This document shows, one piece after another, positions 8,452 to 15,437 of a stretch of DNA of 64,000 nucleotides. Position numbers and translations under genes: made by a program. The stretch covers positions 24,929 through 88,928 of the forward strand of contig MHBE01000028.1 in NCBI GenBank assembly GCA_001803205.1. Reading direction: 5' to 3'. Positions within the stretch are counted from its first letter, which is position 1, and every line of letters begins with the position of its first letter. Source of the DNA: Lentisphaerae bacterium GWF2_38_69 (GTDB taxonomy: Bacteria > Verrucomicrobiota > Lentisphaeria > Victivallales > GWF2-38-69). A model generated the notes under the pieces. It had not been told where the DNA came from. It made no database searches and saw nothing but the letters and a program-made list of their open reading frames with translations.

Positions 8452-9942
8452 TTATTTCGCGAGTTTGTTGAACTCTCTAATAAGGTTGTCCCAGATTGGA
8501 ACGAACTTCTTCAGATCCTGCCAGAATTTCTGGTTTTTTCTGGCATTAAAGTCTTTAATCTCAACTCCTTGCTGTTCGACCCAAGTATAATAACCAAGGT
8601 TAAATACTCTTTCTTTTTCAACAAGAGTCATTTCCATAAAGTGATCCACCGTTACTGCTTTAAGATGCTGACCGAATGTTTCAGCCGCTAAGAGTTCGTT
8701 AAATTTACCATTGAAATATTTTCCGGTGGCTTTTTTCCCTTCACTTTTATACATGAAAGCCGGATCAGTAGCTACTGTAATAATGGCATCATTTGAGTTC
8801 ATATGGTAATATTTTGCAGTTTTGATTGCAGCCAGCATATTGGCTATAGAAGACAGCCCCATCAGAGAAAGATTGTAAAGGTCATTATCTGTTAAACCTT
8901 TAACTTCCTTGAGATATTTCTTGCCCGCATCAGAATTAAAGAGAACATATAAGGAATCAGTAGAAACATCTGAGATTGCTGCAACGATATCATTATTCAT
9001 TACATTATGTACAAATGGTACATGTTTATCTCCAATGCCCTGAATATTGTGTCCTCCAAAACCATTATATAGGAGGGTTGGGCATTCAAGAGCTTCGACA
9101 GATACTATTTTTAAATCATTATATGTATCTTTGAGATAGTCTCCTGCTGAAATTGTTCCTGCAGATCCTGTTGCTGAAGTAAATGCTTTTAGTTTGAGTT
9201 CAGGGTATTTCTTTTTTACGTCTGTATATACTGTATTTAATGCTTTGCCTGTGCAAACATAATGAATGATAGTGTTGCCAAATTCGCAGAATTGATTGAA
9301 AATAATATTTGTAGAATCTTTATCAAGTTCATTGCATTTGTCATAAATTTCTTTGACATTGCTTTCGCAACCATAAGTCTTATAAATATCTGTTTGGGGG
9401 TCAAGACACCACTTATTTAACCAGTTGAAGCGTTCTTCACTCATTTCTTCCGGAAGAATAGCTACTCCTCTGCAACCCATAATACGGGAAACAGCCACGC
9501 CTCCTCTGCAATAGTTGCCAGTAGATGGCCAAATAGCTTTATGAACATTAGGATCAAACTGTCCTGTGATAAGCCTTGGAGCCAGGCAACCGTAAGCGGC
9601 GAGGACTTTATGGACATTTACCATTGGAAAGAATGCACCTGGCATAACAAGTATTTTTGCATCGACACCTGTAAGAGCTTTAGGAACTTCAAAATAATAA
9701 GGAATTTCTTTGAATCCTTTTCCATTTGGGTCATTGTACCAGTTGATTCTATATAAATTAAGAGGATGAGCCTCATCTCTATCAATATTTTCAAGAGCTT
9801 TAACAATTTCAGGCGAAATTTTTGAAGGGTCAGCTAATTCCTCGTAAGTAGGAAGCTGAATTTTTCTTTCTTTAAATTTCTTGACAGTTTGATTAAGTGT
9901 ATCTTGGTTAACAACTGTACATTCGAGTCCTAGCTTAGCCAT
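8452..9942 (-). CDS. fold-type II PLP-dependent enzyme, CysK/CBS-like core with long N- and C-terminal extensions
   Basis: 496 aa. Candidate PLP-lysine FPMVNVHKVLAAYG; STGNYCRGGVAVS (compare SSGNTGIALA); SATGSAGTISAGDYLK (compare GVGTGGTITG phosphate loop). Confidence 0.72.
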   Translation of the reverse strand: MAKLGLECTVVNQDTLNQTVKKFKERKIQLPTYEELADPSKISPEIVKALENIDRDEAHPLNLYRINWYNDPNGKGFKEIPYYFEVPKALTGVDAKILVMPGAFFPMVNVHKVLAAYGCLAPRLITGQFDPNVHKAIWPSTGNYCRGGVAVSRIMGCRGVAILPEEMSEERFNWLNKWCLDPQTDIYKTYGCESNVKEIYDKCNELDKDSTNIIFNQFCEFGNTIIHYVCTGKALNTVYTDVKKKYPELKLKAFTSATGSAGTISAGDYLKDTYNDLKIVSVEALECPTLLYNGFGGHNIQGIGDKHVPFVHNVMNNDIVAAISDVSTDSLYVLFNSDAGKKYLKEVKGLTDNDLYNLSLMGLSSIANMLAAIKTAKYYHMNSNDAIITVATDPAFMYKSEGKKATGKYFNGKFNELLAAETFGQHLKAVTVDHFMEMTLVEKERVFNLGYYTWVEQQGVEIKDFNARKNQKFWQDLKKFVPIWDNLIREFNKLAK

Positions 9943-10055
9943 AATCTCTCCTATTTTGCTTTTAAATAAAGTATTGCGTCAAAATAATCAAAAATAGCTT
10001 TTAATATTGTTTGAGTGATAGAAATTACAAATATAATCCGATTAAAATGTTATAG

Positions 10056-10086
10056 TTAAGCATTATTAAGCAAGAATAATTAAGCA
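10056..10086. repeat. three direct TTAAGCA heptamers in the divergent PLP-operon/glyQS intergenic region
   Basis: TTAAGCA at 10056-10062, 10066-10072 and 10080-10086 (start-to-start spacing 10 and 14 nt). Confidence 0.3.
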
Positions 10087-10128
10087 GTAAATAGCTTGAT
10101 ATCGGGCTTTAATTGCCTAAAAACTGAA

Positions 10129-10136
10129 TGTATAAT
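10129..10136 (+). promoter_or_regulatory. candidate -10 element for glyQS
   Basis: Perfect TATAAT at 10131-10136 preceded by TG, 40 nt upstream of the ATG. No convincing -35. Confidence 0.3.
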
Positions 10137-10176
10137 TCTTTGTGCTGAAATTTTAAAATTTATCAAGGAATAAGAA

Positions 10177-11499
10177 ATGACCAAGAAATTCGAAATGGAT
10201 AGACTTGTATCTCTCTGCAAAAGAAGAGGATTTATTTTTCAAAGTTCAGAAATTTATGGAGGGATAAATGGTTTTTGGGATTATGGACCTATGGGGGTAG
10301 CTATGAAGAAAGCTATTGAATCTCTCTGGTGGAAGGAAATGGTTGAAACCCGTGACAATGTAGAAGGTCTTGATTCCACAATTATATGTAACCCGAAAAT
10401 TTGGAAAGCCTCCGGACATTTAGATAAATTTGGAGACCTTATGACAGACTGCAGGGACTGTAAAGCAAGGCATAGAATTGATCAAATGGAAGATCCAAAG
10501 AAGTGCCCTAATTGCAATTCAGCTAATCTTACAGAACCTAGAGAATTTAATTTGATGATGAAAACATATGTTGGGCCTGTATTTGATGAAGAGCATGTTG
10601 CGTATTTGCGAGCTGAGACATGTCAGCCCATTTTTGCGGATTTTCACCTTATCAGAATATCATCAAGGCAGAAATTGCCCTTTGGGATTGCACAGGTAGG
10701 GAAAGCTTTTAGAAATGAAATTAATCCCAGGAACTTTACATTCAGGTCAAGAGAGTTTTCCCAGATGGAAATGGAGTTCTTCTGTTCAGACGAAGAATCA
10801 ATGAAATGGTATGACTACTGGAAAAATGAAAGAATCAAGTACTATCGTGAAAAACTCAATTTTAAAGAAGATGTTCTAAGAATTCATGAGCATGAAACTC
10901 TTGCTCATTATGCTAAGGCTGCGCTTGATATAGAGTTTGAATTTCCATTTGGGTGGGGAGAGCTTGAAGGCGTTCATCATCGCGGCACATGGGATATGTC
11001 CAGACATCAGGAATTTTCTGGAGAGAATCTGGAATACTATGATCAAGAAAAAAACATAAAATTTATTCCGACGGTTGTGGAAACTTCAGTCGGTCTAGAC
11101 AGAACAATGCTTGCTGTTCTTTGTAACAGTTATGATGAAGATATGGCTGAGACTAAGAAAGAAGATAAAACCGAAGATATAAGGGTAGTACTAAGAATCC
11201 CGCCTATTGTAGCGCCTGTGCAGCTTGCAATTCTTCCTCTTTCCAAGAAACTTGGAGATAAAGCAGATTCAATATTCAAAGATTTGAGGAAGCGTTATCG
11301 TGCGGATTATGATGATACAGGAAGCATCGGGAAACGCTACAGAAGACAGGATGAAATAGGTACTCCTTTCTGCATAACAGTAGACTTCGATTCCATTAGT
11401 GATAATTCTGTAACAATCAGAGATAGGGATACAATGCTTCAGGAGAGAGTTTCAGCAGATAGTCTGCTTTCATACTTTGACGGAAAATTTTTTAACTAG
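10177..11499 (+). CDS. glyQS: glycine--tRNA ligase (dimeric alpha2 type)
   Basis: 440 aa. FQSSEIYGG, GFWDYGP, motif-2-like GKAFRNEINPR, motif 3 SVGLDRT, C-terminal anticodon-binding domain. Confidence 0.93.
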   Translation: MTKKFEMDRLVSLCKRRGFIFQSSEIYGGINGFWDYGPMGVAMKKAIESLWWKEMVETRDNVEGLDSTIICNPKIWKASGHLDKFGDLMTDCRDCKARHRIDQMEDPKKCPNCNSANLTEPREFNLMMKTYVGPVFDEEHVAYLRAETCQPIFADFHLIRISSRQKLPFGIAQVGKAFRNEINPRNFTFRSREFSQMEMEFFCSDEESMKWYDYWKNERIKYYREKLNFKEDVLRIHEHETLAHYAKAALDIEFEFPFGWGELEGVHHRGTWDMSRHQEFSGENLEYYDQEKNIKFIPTVVETSVGLDRTMLAVLCNSYDEDMAETKKEDKTEDIRVVLRIPPIVAPVQLAILPLSKKLGDKADSIFKDLRKRYRADYDDTGSIGKRYRRQDEIGTPFCITVDFDSISDNSVTIRDRDTMLQERVSADSLLSYFDGKFFN

Positions 11500-11510
11500 A
11501 AGGTGAGTAT

Positions 11511-11972
11511 ATGATTTGCCCTACATGTTCTTCAGTAGAACTAAATATAATTGATATTGAAGGAATAAAAGTCCATCATTGCTCAAAGTGTGACGGAATA
11601 TTTTTACATCACGGAGAGCTGAAAAAAATCACTCATCCAACAGAAGGAGATGTTGAGTACTCATCTATAGAAGAAGCTGATCTTTCAAAAAAATCTGGAA
11701 TAACCTGTCCGGTATGCGATGAAGGATATTTATACGAACACAGATCAAATTGCACTGACCAAAATTGCTCCAAATGCATGCAAAACGAAATGATTGATAT
11801 TTATTTTGTTTCATTTTCTAATGTAAAGATGAATTATTGTCCTAAATGTCGGGGAATATGGCTGACAAAAGGTACGTTGAATCTTATTAATAAAGAAATA
11901 GATAAACTTAATAAAGATAAAGACAATTGGGAATATGTCCTGGCTTCGTTTCTCTCAAAACTTCCATTTTAG
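11511..11972 (+). CDS. double zinc-ribbon protein (zf-TFIIB-like modules)
   Basis: 153 aa. Module 1: CPTC..(17)..CSKCDGIFL. Module 2: CPVC..(46)..CPKCRGIWL with an extra Cys-rich insert CTDQNCSKC. Start is 11 nt after the glyQS stop. Confidence 0.65.
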   Translation: MICPTCSSVELNIIDIEGIKVHHCSKCDGIFLHHGELKKITHPTEGDVEYSSIEEADLSKKSGITCPVCDEGYLYEHRSNCTDQNCSKCMQNEMIDIYFVSFSNVKMNYCPKCRGIWLTKGTLNLINKEIDKLNKDKDNWEYVLASFLSKLPF

Positions 11973-12010
11973 AGTTTTTTGTCTTGAAGTAGTCTTTAAT
12001 TTACGCTATT

Positions 12011-12028
12011 ATGACGAATTGTCATTCA
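12011..12028. promoter_or_regulatory. palindromic operator-like site upstream of the ferredoxin gene
   Basis: ATGACGAATTGTCAT (12011-12025), inverted repeat ATGAC/GTCAT. Its 3' part TTGTCATTCA (12019-12028) recurs at 45364-45373. Confidence 0.3.
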
Positions 12029-12071
12029 ACTAGAAATAGTTCAAGTATAAACCTATAACAGGAGAAAGAAA

Positions 12072-12239
12072 ATGGCAGCAAAAGTAGATGCAGATAAATG
12101 CACAGGATGTGAAAGTTGTGTAAGCGCTTGTCCAGTAGAAGCAATTAGCATGAAAGATGGCAAAGCTTCTGTTGGCGATCAGTGTATTGATTGCGGCGCA
12201 TGCGTAGGCGAGTGCCCTGTAGAAGCAATCAGTCTCTAA
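12072..12239 (+). CDS. 2x[4Fe-4S] ferredoxin
   Basis: 55 aa MAAKVDADKCTGCESCVSACPVEAISMKDGKASVGDQCIDCGACVGECPVEAISL. Two CxxCxxCxxxCP motifs, GGAG RBS. Translated by hand; absent from the ORF track. Confidence 0.87.
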   Translation: MAAKVDADKCTGCESCVSACPVEAISMKDGKASVGDQCIDCGACVGECPVEAISL

Positions 12240-12261
12240 GAAGAGATTTTTAGCTCTGTAA

Positions 12262-12290
12262 AAGCAACGGTTTCAACCGTTGCTTTTTTT
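12262..12290 (+). terminator. rho-independent terminator after the ferredoxin gene (also faces the uppP 3' end)
   Basis: AAGCAACGGT (12262-12271) pairs with ACCGTTGCTT (12276-12285), followed by a T-run to 12290. Confidence 0.65.
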
Positions 12291-12302
12291 ATGTAGAAGA
12301 GA

Positions 12303-13109
12303 TTATTTCAAAAAGAATAACAGAACGATGATGCCCAGTAATATGCGATAGTAGCCAAAAAACTGGAAATCTTTTTTACTTATAAAGTTCATAAATCCAG
12401 CAATTACAGCCCAGGCTACAAAGAAAGATACTAGAAAACCTACAGATAAAATTATTATTTCAGAAGCAGTAATATTGAAACCCATTTTATATATTGAATA
12501 TATTGTCGCTGCTCCTATGGTGGGAATAGCTAGGAAAAACGAAAATTCTACTGCTATAACTCTGGAACAACCTAAAAGAAGAGCTCCAACGATTGTCGCT
12601 CCCGAACGGGAAGTTCCAGGAATCATGGCAAGGCATTGGATAAGACCTATATAGAAAGCTGTTAAATATGAAAGATTTTCAAAGGATTCTATTTTAGGGA
12701 TTCTCTTTTTTTTCATTTCAACTGCTATAAGAATGATTCCTCCAAGAATCAAGGCTATCGCAACAGTCGTGGGATTGAAAAGAAGTGATTCTATCTTTTT
12801 ATGAAAAATAGCTCCAATAATTAATGCTGGAATCACTCCGGCAATTATTTTTTTCCAAATATAAAAAGTTCTTGATTTGAAGAATATTCTATATTCATCT
12901 TTAGAAGGGAACAGTGCTTTTTTGAAATAAATAACCACTGCTAGAATAGCGCCAAGCTGAATGATCACATCAAATTTATTAGTAAAGCTTTCATCGAAGC
13001 TTATAAATTGGTTTACAATTATCAAATGTCCCGTGGAAGAGATAGGCAGAAACTCGGTTATGCCTTCAACTATTCCTAAAACCGCAGCTTTTAAAATTAA
13101 CATCAGCAT
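12303..13109 (-). CDS. uppP: undecaprenyl-diphosphate phosphatase
   Basis: 268 aa polytopic membrane protein. GIVEGITEFLPISSTGHL and PGTSRSGATI motifs of BacA/UppP. Confidence 0.93.
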   Translation of the reverse strand: MLMLILKAAVLGIVEGITEFLPISSTGHLIIVNQFISFDESFTNKFDVIIQLGAILAVVIYFKKALFPSKDEYRIFFKSRTFYIWKKIIAGVIPALIIGAIFHKKIESLLFNPTTVAIALILGGIILIAVEMKKKRIPKIESFENLSYLTAFYIGLIQCLAMIPGTSRSGATIVGALLLGCSRVIAVEFSFFLAIPTIGAATIYSIYKMGFNITASEIIILSVGFLVSFFVAWAVIAGFMNFISKKDFQFFGYYRILLGIIVLLFFLK

Positions 13110-13111
13110 AA

Positions 13112-13726
13112 CTATCTGATAATTATTCTGGCGTTAACAGCAGAAGTGGTATAGCCGATTTTTTCCAGATAAACTTTATGAGAAGCATTGAATATTTTGC
13201 TTACCACTATTTGAACTTTATTTCTTGACAGCTCTTTAAGAACTATATTATGAATGAATAAACCTGCTTTTGAATTTCTTGCAGATGGGGCTACATAATC
13301 AAGGATTACTGATAGCTCATTTTCTGAATTGTTTTCAAGAATGAAAACTCCGATAGGCTGATGATTCTTTAGAACTAAGAAAGAGGTCGAATCTGAAGTA
13401 ATTTGTGAATCACTGAAATCAGTAAATAGTTTTGAAATATCATTTTTATAATGATTAAGAAAGTAGTTGAATAAAGGTTCATTTTTATCAACTTTGCATA
13501 CAGAAAAAGCTTCATTTATATTATAGAGATAGTGCAGAGAGTAAAGGTTCAGAATGCAACATGCCAGGTTGAATACAATTACAGGCATTGAAAAATTAAG
13601 AAAGCCGTAGATAACATATAAGAAACTTCCTGCAAGGTTATACCAGCGGAAATTGCTCATGTTTTTCATAAAGAAAGAGAGCAGTAATAAAAGCGAGGCA
13701 GCCCATCCTATAATCTCAACGTACAT
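13112..13726 (-). CDS. membrane protein: 3-TM YgjV/SemiSWEET-like N-terminus fused to a GNAT-like domain (paralog A)
   Basis: 204 aa. Three hydrophobic helices in the first ~70 aa, then a soluble domain with GNAT-like elements (FLVLKNHQPIGVFILE, VILDYVAPSARNSKAG, HKVYLEKIGY). Stop is 2 nt before the uppP start. Confidence 0.55.
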   Translation of the reverse strand: MYVEIIGWAASLLLLLSFFMKNMSNFRWYNLAGSFLYVIYGFLNFSMPVIVFNLACCILNLYSLHYLYNINEAFSVCKVDKNEPLFNYFLNHYKNDISKLFTDFSDSQITSDSTSFLVLKNHQPIGVFILENNSENELSVILDYVAPSARNSKAGLFIHNIVLKELSRNKVQIVVSKIFNASHKVYLEKIGYTTSAVNARIIIR

Positions 13727-14384
13727 TTTTTAAATACCTCGACTTTATTGTTTCAACGCTCATGCGAAATTGATATGCTCCTTCAATCGGTTCATATCCT
13801 AATTCGGTAAGATATTTATTGTGTTCAAGACTGCCGCCGGAAGTGTAAAGATGCTTAAGGCCATGCGAAGACAATCTTGAAATATAATGTGCATATTTTC
13901 CCATAATGAAATTTGCGCTTTTCATGTCTCTATATTTGGGAATAGCATAATCCAGATCAACAATAATCTCATTTGGATTATCGTCTCTAACAATTACAAT
14001 GCTTACTACTTCTACATTGCGAAGTGCAAATAAACAGTAAGAATTATCCTTGATATCCCCTGTAAATGAAGGGTTAAATTTATAAATGTCAGTTAAATAG
14101 GCATTCAGAAAATATTTAAGATATGGATCGTTGGAGGGGATATGAAGGAGGTCAAAAAGATCTTTTTTTGTATATAGTTTTCGAAGAAAATGGATATTTA
14201 CGAAAGCTCTTAAGATATTGTAGCAAAATAACGGCGTAGAGCCAAAAGCAAGCCCATATGCGGCATAAATAATCCCTCCTATTAAGCTTATCCAGCGCAT
14301 CCTCATCATAGATTTCATAAATAAAGAAAAAATGACAAGAGCTGAAGCTGACCAGCCTAGAATGAAAAGAATATGAGATTCCAT
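13716..14384 (-). CDS. membrane protein: 3-TM YgjV/SemiSWEET-like N-terminus fused to a GNAT-like domain (paralog B)
   Basis: 222 aa with the same architecture as paralog A (ILGWSASALVIFSLFM.., IIVDLDYAIPKYRDMKSA, HNKYLTELGYE). Overlaps paralog A by 11 nt. Confidence 0.55.
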   Translation of the reverse strand: MESHILFILGWSASALVIFSLFMKSMMRMRWISLIGGIIYAAYGLAFGSTPLFCYNILRAFVNIHFLRKLYTKKDLFDLLHIPSNDPYLKYFLNAYLTDIYKFNPSFTGDIKDNSYCLFALRNVEVVSIVIVRDDNPNEIIVDLDYAIPKYRDMKSANFIMGKYAHYISRLSSHGLKHLYTSGGSLEHNKYLTELGYEPIEGAYQFRMSVETIKSRYLKNVR

Positions 14385-14460
14385 CGTTTATACTTCAAAT
14401 TATTTAAGATTAGATAAAAATCTAGTTTAAAATGTTTTCAAAACCAGTTTTTAGTTTAAA

Positions 14461-15297
14461 TTATTGCCTGAAAAGGCGGGTTTTAATGCAAGGCAAAGTC
14501 CGCTCTGAATCATTAGTTCGAATAGGATTAATGTCGAGGCCGCCACGACGGGTAAATCTGGCATACACTGTGAGTTTCTCCGGATTGCACGATTCCATGA
14601 TATCACAAAAAATATTTTCAACGCAGTTTTCATGAAAAGCAGAGTGTGTTCTGTATGAAACAAGATATCTAAGTAAATTTTCTCTTGAAATAGTTTTTCC
14701 GAAATATGATACTTGAACAGAAGCCCAGTCAGGCTGGCCAGTAACAGGACAATTTGACTTAAATAAGTTTGTATAGAGAGTTTCATTGGTCAGATTATCA
14801 TTTTCTAGGCAAACAAGTTTCTTGTTAATCTTATAATCAGAAAACTCAATATCAGCGACATCCAGGCAAGTTCCTTCGAATTTGGCTATGTTTGCTGAGA
14901 TAAAATCATTTTCAGTGAAGATTTTTATTATTACATTTCCTTTTGAAACATTAGAAAGGTCTTTTGTAATAAGGTTTGCAAATTCTTTGTTGTTTTTAAA
15001 TTTTTTTTCGCTTAGCGAATTTAAATACAGCTTTAGTGATTTTGATTCTATAATGTTTTCAGTATTGTAAGGGAAAATTATAAACCCTAAAAAGCATTGA
15101 GGTTTCCCTTTAATATTCAGATAGGATAGTTCATAAGCAGACCAGATATCGTAACCTGTAAAAGGAAGAGGATTAAGATTGCAGTTCAAATCTTTTCTGC
15201 TCTCTAATCTTGGCACAGGGAATAGAATTCCTGGTTCATATCTGAGAGAATAATCAGAAGATTTTCCAAGAAGTGAATTATTGATTGTTTGTGACAT
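14461..15297 (-). CDS. queF: NADPH-dependent 7-cyano-7-deazaguanine reductase (bimodular type II)
   Basis: 278 aa. ESKSLKLYLNS and SNCPVTGQPDWA motifs, C-terminal HE-containing module. Confidence 0.9.
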   Translation of the reverse strand: MSQTINNSLLGKSSDYSLRYEPGILFPVPRLESRKDLNCNLNPLPFTGYDIWSAYELSYLNIKGKPQCFLGFIIFPYNTENIIESKSLKLYLNSLSEKKFKNNKEFANLITKDLSNVSKGNVIIKIFTENDFISANIAKFEGTCLDVADIEFSDYKINKKLVCLENDNLTNETLYTNLFKSNCPVTGQPDWASVQVSYFGKTISRENLLRYLVSYRTHSAFHENCVENIFCDIMESCNPEKLTVYARFTRRGGLDINPIRTNDSERTLPCIKTRLFRQ

Positions 15298-15437
15298 TTA
15301 AATAACTCAAAATTAACCGGACTGCTTAAAAATTGCAAATAAATATTTTAAAAAGCATTTTCAAAATACATATATTAACTATAATTTAGCTATTTTGTAT
15401 TTCCATACAAAGTTAACATAAACAAAAAAGAGGATTT

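Noticed and set aside
9943-10176. Looked for a T-box leader upstream of glyQS
   Set aside because: No T-box sequence (..GGUGGUACCGCG..), specifier-loop architecture or terminator/antiterminator pair is present.
14432-14786. ORFs 14432-14635 (+) and 14451-14786 (-) overlapping the queF 3' region
   Set aside because: queF (14461-15297) accounts for the region with conserved motifs. The alternatives have no recognisable features.
15298-15437. Looked for a preQ1 riboswitch upstream of queF (minus strand)
   Set aside because: The leader is almost pure A/T. It has no 5-bp stem closed by a CCC segment and no A-rich ACUA tail as in preQ1-I. A covariance-model scan would be needed to be certain.
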